NCBI RefSeq assembly: GCF_048593235.1
Contig: NC_133617.1
Coordinates: 397,300,067-397,364,066 of the forward strand
Source: Sminthopsis crassicaudata
Taxonomy: Eukaryota
DNA: 64,000 bases
Direction of reading: 5' to 3'
Of the stretch, positions 39,501 to 51,863 are shown piece after piece; the first letter of the stretch is position 1; each line of letters opens with the position of its first letter. The notes below the pieces were generated by a model. That model was not told the DNA's origin and did no database searches. It saw only the letters and a program-made list of their open reading frames with translations. A program made the position numbers and the translations under genes.

Positions 39501-42500
39501 AGATTCTATCCTGGGCTGTAGAGCCTGGGGATCGAGAGTCTTGCTCTATCTCTAAGAGGCTCTGGGTTCTCTCCTTTCCCCACCCGACCCCGCCCTTCCC
39601 CGTTAACTACTTCTATTTCGTGGTCCAGGACTGGCTCACTCGCTTTGGCTACCTGCCCCCACCCCACCCTGCTCAGGCCCAGCTGCAGAGCCCAGAACAG
39701 CTCCGGGACGCAATCAAAGTCATGCAGAGGTTCGCTGGCTTGCAGGAAACCGGCCTCATGGGTAATGAATGGTTATTCTCTTCCTCCCAAACACTCCTTG
39801 CCCCGCTCCTTCTCCAGCCAACGGTCACGGGAAGGAAACTAGACTATCCTAGGGGAACGAGAACCCGTGCCAGGCCCGGGGCTAAGCGCTTTAGCAATAA
39901 CGTCTCATTTAATCCTCACAACAACTCTGTGAGGCAGGGGCTATTGTTATCTCTGTTTTACAATTGAGGAAACTGAGGCGGACAGGGAGGTGGTTAAGTG
40001 ATTTGATTTGAGTCATACAGCCCTAGGAGATCCCTTCCCCAAAGCTAGAAGCCATGTTATATTCAACAGATCCCATTCTTCTGTCACCTCTTACTTCCCT
40101 CCAGGACCATCCCTTCGACTCTTTTCAGATCTTTCTTATATCCTCCAGCCATCTTCAAATCTGGTGCCTCGCTGTAAGGGNNNNNNNNNNNNNNNNNNNN
40201 NNNNNNNNNNNNNNNNNNNNNNNNNNNNNNNNNNNNNNNNNNNNNNNNNNNNNNNNNNNNNNNNNNNNNNNNNNNNNNNNNNNNNNNNNNNNNNNNNNNN
40301 NNNNNNNNNNNNNNNNNNNNNNNNNNNNNNNNNNNNNNNNNNNNNNNNNNNNNNNNNNNNNNNNNNNNNNNNNNNNNNNNNNNNNNNNNNNNNNNNNNNN
40401 NNNNNNNNNNNNNNNNNNNNNNNNNNNNNNNNNNNNNNNNNNNNNNNNNNNNNNNNNNNNNNNNNNNNNNNNNNNNNNNNNNNNNNNNNNNNNNNNNNNN
40501 NNNNNNNNNNNNNNNNNNNNNNNNNNNNNNNNNNNNNNNNNNNNNNNNNNNNNNNNNNNNNNNNNNNNNNNNNNNNNNNNNNNNNNNNNNNNNNNNNNNN
40601 NNNNNNNNNNNNNNNNNNNNNNNNNNNNNNNNNNNNNNNNNNNNNNNNNNNNNNNNNNNNNNNNNNNNNNNNNNNNNNNNNNNNNNNNNNNNNNNNNNNN
40701 NNNNNNNNNNNNNNNNNNNNNNNNNNNNNNNNNNNNNNNNNNNNNNNNNNNNNNNNNNNNNNNNNNNNNNNNNNNNNNNNNNNNNNNNNNNNNNNNNNNN
40801 NNNNNNNNNNNNNNNNNNNNNNNNNNNNNNNNNNNNNNNNNNNNNNNNNNNNNNNNNNNNNNNNNNNNNNNNNNNNNNNNNNNNNNNACTTGCCCAGAGT
40901 CACACAACTAGGAAGTGTTAAGTGTCGGAGACCAGATTTGAACTCAAGTCCTCCTGACTTCAGGGCTGGTGCTCTATCCACTGCACCCCCAGCTACCCCT
41001 AAGTCCTTTCTTTCTGGATCCCAAATTCTCAAAGCTTCTGCAAAATTCTAAGGCAGGAACTCATGGGCAAGAATAGGATGGAAAATTCAAAATAGAGGTA
41101 GTGCTTGCTACTACTATTGTTGGTTCACAGGTCCACAGAATGGGGTGGAAGGGCAGCTCTCAGAACAGATTAGGAGTGGTGTATTTACCACAGATCTAGC
41201 CAGTCTTGCTCTCAGACAGTTTTTAGTACTGACATTACAGCTTCCTGATCCCAGGGGCTGCTTTCCTTCTTTGTACTCTCTCTGCCAATTCTTAGGGTTA
41301 GGGCTCGGCATCTGTCCATTCCTTTGACCTCTCATGTCCCTTCTCCTTTCCAGATCAGGCCACGTTGGACACTATGAAGAAGCCTCGATGTTCTCTGCCT
41401 GATGTTCTGGGAGTGGCTGGGTTGGTAAGAAAGAGGCGATATGCCCTTACAGGCAGCTTCTGGAAGAAGAAGCAGCTGTTCTGGAGGTGGGTTCTAGGTT
41501 CTACTCCTTGATTTCTCACCAGATAACTTATCTGTTGTAGCCTCATATACCCTCTGGTAGGCTGTATAGTGTCTGTGAGTTGGCATTTAATTCACTTTGT
41601 TTTCCTCCCCAAAGCCTTACTATTAGACTTAAGGGACTTGGTGCCTCACTATAAATTTTTCCCCCTTCCTAATTCCTACCTTCATACTAGGACACTGAAG
41701 AATACATATTGATATTCTCTCAAATTCTTTATTTATTTTTCAACTCACTCATTTCTCATGAACTATTCCTTTATCCCACCTCATACAAAAATAGTCATAC
41801 CCTTGATCTTGCTATCAGCCATAAATGTATCACTTCCATGTTCAGCCATGTTGACATTTCCTTATCTGGTCAAAATCTTTGGTATTTTATCTATCCCCAT
41901 GCCTTTCAAAACCACAGCCTGCTTGTCATCATCATGACCTTTAGTCCCTGGATGCCTCAGTCCTCTCCCTGAATGAACTGCATTCTCTTCCTTTCCCCAT
42001 CCTTTCCTTTTGTTGACCTGGTTCAACACTACACTGTCCTCTCCTCTTCAGGGCCTTGACGTTATTATAATGTTGATTTCCCTCACCAAACTTCAGCCTT
42101 ATACTACTTCCATCATCTGCTTTCTTTGTTCCTCATCACATGTTGCTGAACTAAGATCAAGAAAATCATAAAACCTTACTGAATCCACTGCCAGTATATA
42201 TTAGATAACCTCAAATGGGTCCTCACTGCTGCAAGGCAATCCTTTTATGTCTCCATAATTAACTATCCCATTCACCACATCTTTTCCAAACTTCTTTATT
42301 CCTTTTCAAAACCTCCATGGTTTCTTCTTTCCTTCCCTATTAAACTGAGAGCTTATTTATCAGAGAGATCCCTTTCTCTTCATCTCATAGTACCCAGACT
42401 CTTTCTACCACTATCTCCTGTTTTTCACCTGTTTTATATAAAGAATTGGCCTTTCAGCTTGCCAAGGCTAATCTTCCTATTTGCATAAATGATTCCATTC

Positions 42501-45500
42501 CATCCTGTCTTCTCCAAGAGAATGCCTCATCTACCACCCTCACTTTTTGTCTTATCTTTGCCTGCCCCTTGTCTATTTGTCAACAAACCCCTCATTTGAT
42601 CCACCCTTTCCTGCTGACTATTGTTCCATCTCTCTCTTGCTTTTTGTGGCTCAACTCCTTGTGAAGGTTGCCTACAATAAATACCTCCATTTCTCACTCC
42701 CTTTTTAACTCTCTTTGGTCTGACTCCAATGTCATCATTTTGTTGAAACTGCTCTTTCCAGAGTTACTAAAGATCTTTTAATTGCCAAGTCTAAAGGCTT
42801 ATTCTCTTTCTTAATAGTATTTTATTTTTTTTAAATGCCAACATAGTTTTCAACATTTACCTTTTTTTTTTAAAGCTTTTTATTTTTGAAAACATGGATA
42901 ATTCAACATTGCAAAACCTTGTGTTCCAATTCCTCCCCTTCCCCACCCCTCTCCTAAATGGCAAGTAGTCCAATGTACATTAAACATGGTAGAGATATGT
43001 TAAATCCAATATATGCACACATATTTATACAATTATCGTGTTGCATAAGAAAAATTGGAAAAAATGAGAAAGAAAATAAAATACAAAGAACAACGAAAAG
43101 AGTGAAAATGCTATGTTGTGAACCACACTCTGTTCCCACAATCCTCTCTCTGATGTAGATGACACTTTTCATCACAAAATCATTGGGAATGGCCTGAATC
43201 ATCTCATTTTAATATTCACCTTTGCAAAATCTTGTGTTCTCTCTCCCTTCCCTCCTCCTGAAGACAACAAGCAATCTGATATAGGTTAAACATGTGCAAT
43301 TCTTCTAAACATATTTTCATATTTGTCATACTGCACAAAAAAATCAGATCAAAAACGAAAAAACACAAAAAACAACAACAACAAAACCCCAATAGCAACA
43401 AAAAAATGAAAACATTATGCTTTGATTCAAATTCATAGTTCTCTCAGTGCAGATGGCACTTTCCATCACAAGTCTATTGGAATTGTCCTTGATCACCTCC
43501 GTGTTGAAAAGAATAGCCTCATCCTTCTTGATCTCTTGACCCCATTGATGCTGTAAATCACCTTCTCTTTTATACTTCTTTCTCTCTAGTGTTTCAGGAC
43601 ACTAAACTCTCCTGTTTCTCCTCCTATATGACCATTCATCAGATTCCTTTGCTGGAACATCATTCAGGTAATGGCAACTAATTTGGATGTCCCAGAGAAC
43701 TGGGCCCTCTTCTATTTTTCCTCTCTACTATTTCCCTTGGTGATTTCATCAGCTTTTATGGATTCAAATATCATCTCTGTGCTGATAATTCTCAGATTTA
43801 CTTACCTAGAACTAAGCAGTCTGCTAACTTCCAGGCTCAACTGTCCAGCTGCCTATTAGATATTTTGAACTGGAAGTTCTGTAGATATCTTAAACCCAAT
43901 ATGTCTAAAGCTGAAATCATTATCTTTCATCTCAAACCCTCCCCCATCCAAACTTCCTTATTACTGTTGAGGGTATAAGTCTCTTACTCTAGTCCATCAT
44001 CCATTCTGTTCTTAAAGTGATCTTTACTAAATTCTAGTAAATTCATGACATTCTCTTCTCTGGTGGGTATTCAAAGACCTTCATTACCTTCCTCCCCCAT
44101 CCCATCTTCTCACCTTAAATCCAACTACACACTCTTCAGTTCAATATCATTGTTCCTCAAACAAGACATTCTGTCTCCCAACTCACCATTTTCATTGGCT
44201 GCCCCCCATGCATGGAATTTTCTCCTTCCTCATGTTTCCCTCTTGGACTCCCTGACTTCCTTCCTTGCTAAAATCTCACCTTCTACAGGAAACTTTCCCC
44301 GAATCCTTTGAATTCTACTTCCTTCTCTCTGTAGATGATTTCCTATTTATCCTGCACATAATTTATTTGTATATAATTATTTGTATGTTGTCTCCTCCAT
44401 TACACTATGGGATCCTTAAAGTTATGGATTTTTTTTTTAACCTTTTTTTTTTTTTTTTTCCATCACAAGTGTATTGGAATTGTCCCTGATCACCTCATTG
44501 TTTTACCTTTCTATGTATCTCTTGTGATTAGTACAGTGCCTTAGGTACTTAATAAATGGTTATTGAGTGGTTGGCTAACTGGGCTCCTCCATCACTCCTT
44601 TATCTGCATATCATTGTTTTAATTGCTTGCCATACACTTCTCTCCTTAACACTGGACTCTCTTCTCTGGACACCAGGGTTCGCTCCTTCCCACAGGGCTC
44701 TGCCCTCAACAAGGACACAGTTCGAAGCCTGATGCACTATGCTCTGACTGCCTGGGGAACTGAGGTGGGGATGACATTCCAGGAGGCTGAACCCAGGGCA
44801 GGAACAGAGCCGGAGCTCCTCATCGACTTCGCTCGCGCCTATCACAAGGACACCTACCCCTTTGATGGGCCTGGGGGCACGTTAGCCCATGCCTTCTTCC
44901 CTGGGGACCACCCCATCTCTGGGGATACCCACTTTGATGATGAGGAAGTCTGGACCTTTGGGGAAAGTGGTACAGTCTCCTTGGACTCCTCTTTATTCCT
45001 CAGTCAACCCTATTCCCTAGAGATAAACCCCCATCCACAGAGATATTTCCTTCCCTTCCCTGAGGACCTTTTTCTCTAGTACATCCAACAATAGTTTACT
45101 GAGTTTCTGCTCCTCATACAATTCTGCATGGATCACTGGAGTAGATAGAAGTTGAGAGGGGAAAGAGTGGAGGCTAATTTATAAGAAGTAGAAGACAAGA
45201 CCTCTAGTCTCAGGAGGAGTTCAGTTAGGTTGGACCGGAACAGTGAAGAATAGCAAAAGACTGTGTGTGTGAGACTTTGGGTTAAATTCTAGGGATTTTA
45301 GACTCAGGCTGATCAGGAAGGCTTTCTGGAAGGGGTCTGAGAGATCTTGAAGACTAAGGAGGATATGGAGAAGATGAGAGGAAGGAGGAGGGTATTCTAA
45401 ATGAGGGAAAGAATAGGAGTTCAGGTGGGTTAGAGGAAATAAAGATATCATTGTAGCACCTGGGTAGTATGGAGACTGCGGTAGGTTCTGAATACTAAAC

Positions 45501-45749
45501 ATCAGAGGAAACAGGAGAACAAAGAAGAGTCATCTTGCCTAGAACTACTCCTTTCTGCAAATTGTGTTTTTTCTTTGTTGGGCTTCTCCTTTCTAGAACC
45601 AGCTATATGGTCATATAAGTCATCTTTTGCTTAGAGGGCTGCAGGTTAGGACCATCATGAGGGAGGGTGATGGACCAATCAATTGATCATCAAACATTTG
45701 GTGTCTACTACTGCTGGATCCTAGGCTTAGGGATATACATACAAAAATA

Positions 45750-45802
<53 letters not shown>

Positions 45803-48708
45803 CACATTCTAGGCACTGGGGGATGGACAGACAGTCCTGGTCACAGAAACCGAAGGAATTGCTTATGAATAAGAATCTTGGCTAGACTAGGAAGAGAAGT
45901 AATGTACAACAAAGTTAGAAAGGTAGGCTGGTGACACATTGTGAAATGCTTTAAAAGCCAAAGAGAAGAGTGTGCTTTATCCTAGAAGCTGTAGGGAGTC
46001 ATTGAAGTTTATAGAGTAGAGGAGCAATAGAAGTCAGATCTGCACTGTGGGAAAATCCCTTTGGCAGCTGTATAGAGGATGAATTTGGACCAAGGCCTCT
46101 TTTTTCACCACTCAATACCTGCCTTCTCTCAACCCATAGACGGCGGTGGGACAGACCTGTTTGCTGTAGCTGTCCATGAGTTTGGCCATGCCTTGGGCTT
46201 GGCCCACTCCTCAGCCCCCAACTCCATCATGCGACCTTTCTACCAGGGTCCAGTTGGGGACCCCTTAAAGTATCGACTTCCACCTGATGACCGAGAAGGG
46301 ATTCAGCAGCTTTATGGTGAGCCCTGTGACCCTCTATTTTTCTCTTTCCCAGATCTGGACTAAGAGTTATGGGAACAAACCTCCCCCCCCCCACAAAATT
46401 CCTTCTCAGTTCTCTGTACCACTCCCACTCTCCACCCCCTCCCCATTGGTTTTTAATATTTAATCTTCACCACAATTCTAGAAAAGCAGGTTTTATTATC
46501 CCCATTTTGCATATGAGAAAGCTTAAGCTCAGATAGGAAATGTTTCAACAAAGGTTACACAGCTAATAAGCAGTAAACATGAAACTGGAACTCAAGACTT
46601 CTAACCGCCAGACCATTTTTCTTTTCCATCATTCTCCATCTGGATAAAGAGAAAGAGAACCGTTCCTAGAGCTAGCTGCCTTTCAGCCTCTCTATTTTAC
46701 CCCACATCTAATTCTTCTTTCCAGGAAAGGGTCCAAATAGTCCCCACCCAGAGCCAACTCGGAAACCTCTGGTTCCTCCACCCCAACCTCCTGAACAGCC
46801 TCCAGACAGGTGAATATCCCCTTTTTGCTCAATCCCCAATTTCTCCCTGGTCCCCTTCATTATCCCCTCTTTGATTCCCTCTCCCCCCTCATGATGCCCC
46901 CAGTTCTCTGTCTCACTCTCGTTTATCTTCCCCTTCCCACTCTTACACTTCCTCCCAGCCCTTCAGCCCCAGTTCCAGACCGATGTTCTGGTAACTTTGA
47001 TGCTATCGCCAACATCCGTGGTGAAGTCTTCTTCTTTAAAGGTGAGTGACTTTGACTCCTATTTGCCCTAAAATGCTGACTCTCTCACCATTTCTCTCAT
47101 CCCCTGGGCCATCAAGTTTTCTTTGCTTCTGACCCATCCATAATAATGGCCCCTTTAAATCCTTATATTCTGAAGCCCAAGGCCAAGAGCCCAGCTGTCT
47201 TATTTGTGTCAACTGGAACATTGGCAAAGGCTGGTAGAGAACTCCAATAGCTTCAGGGCCACTCTCTCCTGGGACCTGGGTGGATGACTTTAGGGCTGAT
47301 CCATTGGTGACCCCTCCTGTATTCCAGGACCCTGGTTCTGGCGCCTTCAGCCCTCAGGCCAGCTGGTGTCCCCTAGACCTGCAAAGCTGCACCGATTCTG
47401 GGAAGGGCTGCCTGAACACGTGATGACCGTGGATGCAGCCTATTCTCGGCCTTTGGATGGACGCATCCTGCTTTTCAGTGGTAAATGGAGTGAAGGGTGG
47501 AATGCAGTCGGGGTTGGAGAAAAGAGATGAATAGGAAGTTGGAAAAGAGCCAAAAAGACTGGGAAGAAGTATGGAGAGAAGAGAATTGCAAGGGAGCAAG
47601 AAGAATGGAGAGGGAAAAACTATTATCAGGGAGAGACAGAGATGGAAAAAAGAGACATTGAGAGTTGGTGGAGGAAGAGGTGAGGAAAAGGGAGATAGAG
47701 TAGGAAAGGCACAAGACAAGCACAAGAACAAGCACAAGCAAAAGACTGGAACTTTGCTGCTGTGGAGGGAAGGGACAACCGTGATGAGATTTTATATTTG
47801 ACTGACTTTATTCCTCCCAATCCTCAGGACACAAGTTCTGGGTGTTTCAGGACCGGCAGCTGGAGCCTGGCTCCCCAAAGCTGGTAACTGAACTGGGGCT
47901 TCCCCCTGGTGTAGTTGTGGATGCTGTTTTCTCTTGGCCCCAGAATGGGAAGACTTACCTGATTCAAGGTGAACAGTATTGGCGTTTTGATGAGTCCATC
48001 TACAGCATTGACCCGGGTTACCCCAAGAGTCTGAGCCTATGGGAGGGAGCACCTTCAGCACCTGATGATGTGACCATTGGCAACAAAGGTATGTGTGTGG
48101 GAGGGGTTGGGGGTGGGATACTGATTGACTTGATGAAGAAAGTAGAACTGAACATCCAGATTCCTGGGTCTGGGGAAGATTGAATTAATTCTAATTGCAC
48201 ATATTTATTGTACATTGTATTATATTGTATTTTTTGGTATATTGTATTATTTGCTATCTATGGGAAGGAGGAGATGGGTAGGGAGGGAGAAAAATATGAA
48301 AGACAAGGTTTTGCAAGGGTGAATGTTGAAAACTATTTTTGTATAAATTTTGAAAAATAAAAAAGCTATTATTTTAGAATAAATAGTTTCCTAAGAAGTA
48401 CTATGACTGACCTCTCCCCTCCTTCTCATTCTATAGGTGATACCTACTTCTTCAAGGGTACTGAGTACTGGAGATTTGCTCCAGGGAGTGTGATAGCAGA
48501 GCCCAATTCCCCCCACCCCATGGGGCCTGAGTGGTTGGACTGCCCTCCTTCTGCCCCAAGTCCTCGGATCCCAAGGCCTTCCAAGTCTCCCCCGAACTGT
48601 CAGTGTGAGCTTAACCAGGCAGGGAGTTTAAATCCAAGACTTCCTAGCTTCCTTGTCATCCTCTCTGTGATTCTCTCTCTCTTCTTGGGCACAAGCACCT
48701 GGTCCTAA
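38592..48708 (+). CDS. MMP25: Matrix metallopeptidase 25 (MT6-MMP/leukolysin), 566 aa; join(38592..38702,39629..39761,41354..41486,44677..44969,46140..46316,46725..46809,46959..47041,47328..47480,47828..48088,48437..48708)
   Basis: Ten exons in frame: signal peptide, cysteine switch PRCSLPD (41383-41403), furin site RKRR (41428-41439), Zn motif [11 protein letters not shown] (46175-46207), Met-turn, Pro-rich hinge, hemopexin repeats, hydrophobic GPI-type C-terminus with no cytoplasmic tail. Confidence 0.96.
40181..40887. other. Assembly gap (707 N) in MMP25 intron 2
   Basis: Run of N. MMP25 exons 2 and 3 join in frame across it, so no coding exon needs to be hidden in it. Confidence 0.99.
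40888..40999 (-). mobile_element. WSINE1-type SINE, tail lost in the assembly gap
   Basis: Reverse complement of the same SINE consensus. Confidence 0.8.
41600..44570 (+). mobile_element. Ancient L2 LINE remnant in MMP25 intron 3, interrupted by minus-strand L1 3' fragments (~42810-43510)
   Basis: C/T-rich L2-type ORF2/3' sequence (ctcatccttcttgatctc..., ttgaactggaagttctgtagatatcttaaacccaatatgtctaaagctgaa). Boundaries approximate. Confidence 0.65.
45752..45800. repeat. (TG)~24 microsatellite in MMP25 intron 4
   Basis: Read directly from the sequence. Confidence 0.95.
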
Positions 48709-49356
48709 TTACACCCCCTACTTTCCCCTCCTCCTCCCTCTTCCTCTAGGAAGTCCTATGTCTGTCCCTCTTTTTTACTGCCCTCCGAAAATACTCAGGT
48801 CTCTGCAATTCATGCAGGCAAGTCATGTCTCCTTGCTGGGTCTCATTTTCTCCATTTGGAAAAATGAGGGATTTGGATTTAATGGCCTCTACGGTTTCCT
48901 CCTAGTCCTAAAACTAGGATCCCATGAATAGGGGAACTTCTGGTATTCTCTTAGGCTATTAGAAACTATTGAAGCCATAATCATGTCTACTTTCTATGCA
49001 AGTAACATAACCAGATTAAAGTAGAATAAAAGTATTATTTCCAACATCAATTTGTATGTATGATAATACATCACAAATGAACAAAAGCCAAATTAACAGT
49101 GGGGAATCATTTAACACAGTTGAAAGAAAAAACAGTTGAAGAGAATTTCATTTGAGAATAAAAACCGAGAGATTTTTTTAAAGTTTGTTTTTACCGGAAA
49201 GATTCGAGTCCTGGTGTATCAATTATAGACATCCCAGGAATCTTTGTGTTATCTCTGTTAAATTAACATTAGAAAATAAGCCAAAAATATGCAAAAAGCA
49301 CAGACAATACTGCAAGAACTTAGAACCCCTAAAAGCTACCTATTAATTTATAAGCT

Positions 49357-49503
49357 GGGGGCAGCAAGGTGGCTCAGTGGACAGAGCGCCAGCCCTGAAG
49401 TCAGGAGGACCTGAGTTCAAATCTGATCTCAGACACTTAACACTTCCTGGCTGTGTGACCCTGGGCAAGTCACTTAACCCCAGCCTCAGGGGGGAAAAAA
49501 AAA
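49357..49503 (+). mobile_element. WSINE1-type SINE
   Basis: Near-consensus copy; TSD ttataagct at 49348-49356 and 49504-49512. Confidence 0.88.
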
Positions 49504-50696
49504 TTATAAGCTAACCACATTGCCATCAACATTCAAAAGTTCAAAGTCCTTTTTCCATTTAATTAACTTTAAAAGAAAATAGATTAAATAACTAAGCAAA
49601 ATCCAGGAGAATTATTTTTGAAATTTAAAATTGAATAGGTAACATATATGTGTATATATATTACATGTATGTGTGTTACAGAAATATTCAACTCTGAAAA
49701 ACCTCAGTATTAAATAAATCATAAAAGTTCAGTCCTTTTTGAACTAAAATGAACTTATGACAGTGTAAAACCTAAGTTCTATTAAAAAGCTAAATCATCA
49801 AAGGGACACCCAAGAAGTTTGAAATTGATTTAGTCCCATTTTAAAAAGATTCATTGGTTTTCCCAATGCGGGTCTCTCTAGTTTATGAGTTTAGTTCTCC
49901 GCTCCTTGCCTCCTACCTTCCCTTAGTTCTTGCTTGCGCATTTTATGATTCTGGCCATAAAGGATCAGATTGCGTAGCCAGAAGGTCCCCACTTTTCTCT
50001 GTGGGGATCTCAGAGGGCCTGAAAGGCTGCTATTCCCAGGAAGAGAGCAGCCTCCCTGACTATCTACTCCTCCCTCCTGCAGTCTGCCAAAATGGGGGAC
50101 CTCTGACACGGTGATCCCAGGGATTAGGAATATTGAAGAGAGGCTGTACAAGTAAAGCTTGCCTCTCTCCCAGACTTTGGTTCCTCTTCTTGGCTCAGAG
50201 AAAGGACTGGATTTTGCAGAGTCCCTAGTGGCAAGACTGAAAGGAGAGAAAAGCAAGGCTGTAAGTGCAGTGGATCCAGACCTCCTCTTGGAGGGATGGG
50301 GCCAGGCTACAGACCTTTGAAGCCTGAAGGCTCCTCTGAAAAATCCTGCCTCTCAGCAGTGCCTGAAAATCTTCCAAGTCAAACCTTCAAGATGCCCCAA
50401 TCTCCATCTGGTTTCTTGAGGTGCTTAGGGAACAATGAGGAGGTAGAGGGACTCCACCTCAGACTTTGAGCCTCACCTCAGTCTTGCTGACTGCCCTTGA
50501 GCTTCCTTCTCTCAGGTTCCCCCCTCTCCCTTAACTAAGGACTTGTAGACCTCCAGGGGTGTCCCAAAGGGGACTGTATATGAATTTTAAGTGTTCTATG
50601 AACTTTTATGGAAAACAATATATATCTTTATTTTTAACTAACTTTTGGATTCTTTTGTAATCCTGTGCATTTCATGCATTTAAAAACATGATTCTT

Positions 50697-50857
50697 GGGG
50701 CAGCTAGGTGGCACAGTGGATAGAATACCAGCCCCAAGTCAGGAGGACCTGAGTTCAAATCTGGCCTCAGACACTTAACACTTCCTCGCTGTGTGACCCT
50801 GGGCAAGTCACTTAACCCCAATTGCCTCAACAAAAACAAAAACAAACAAAAACAAAA
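50697..50857 (+). mobile_element. Marsupial core SINE with (A)nC tail
   Basis: ggggcagctaggtggcacagtggatag... head, ccccaattgcctc end, simple-repeat tail. Confidence 0.85.
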
Positions 50858-51863
50858 TACACAATTCTGAGAAGTCCACAGGCTTTACCAGATTGCTCAA
50901 AAAGTCCATGAAGGTGATTAGGAACCCTTGGTCTAAGCAGGAAATCAAAACAGATTATAAAGATTATCAAAATGGGAAAAACTGTAAATTCTAAGTCATA
51001 AGACATGGATTTTGATACTCTATAGCTCTGCACATAATTTATTGTGTGACTTTGGGAAAATTCCTTACCTTCTCAGGGAAACCAGAGTCATCATCAGGAA
51101 CGTGAGAGGAATGGATCTGATGATGACATTGAAGGCCATACTGGGCCAAGCCCAGGAGGAGTCAATGAATCCAGGGGCCTGTCAGTCCCCTTGGATGACT
51201 TCAGCCTTCATCTTCCCTTCTCCCCATACTCCTCAGCTCACAGAATCAGACATAAATAGCGATGGCAGGAAGAAGTAAGGATGTCCCTCGGTCATTGACC
51301 CTCTCTCATCCCACATGCACAGTCATTTGACAAGTAGTATTGATCCTTCCTAAGATCCCTTGCATCTGCCCTCATCATCTTGTGAGAGTCTCTTCACCAA
51401 TCATCCCACTTCCATTCTCTCCCATCCCCAATCTCTTCTCTGAGTAATTTTCCTAATGCATTACTCTGACAAGATCAAATCATCTTCACTGTGTGGCTCC
51501 CCATTGCTTGTAAGATTAAATTCAAACTCTTTAACATGTCACTCAAAGGTTTCCACATTCTTCCTCCCAATTACTCCCCCCCCCCAATTCAATTGTATTT
51601 TATGTTCAGTTCCAAATTTTCTTCCTTCCCAAGATATACAAAATTCATTCCAAACATAAAGACATGCAAAATAAATTCCTGCATTAGTCATGTTCTGGAA
51701 AAAAAAAACAATAACAAGAAAAATAAAAAAAAGTTCCCACTTATATTTAAAAATTTTTAAATTGTTTTTTCTTTTTTAAAGAAACATATAATTGCTTGCA
51801 TTTTCAATGGGGTGGATAGGAGGGAAAAGAATCAGAAACTCAATGTTTAAAAATGAATGTTAA

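Noticed and set aside
40008-41051. Four long ORFs (250-347 aa) in the ORF track
   Set aside because: Artefacts of translating the 707-N gap; the flanks are intronic or SINE sequence.
44970-45079. ORF continuing past MMP25 exon 4 through the weak donor GTACAG
   Set aside because: Ordinary intronic read-through. The phase-1 join to 46140 restores the catalytic domain, and there is no evidence for a truncated isoform.
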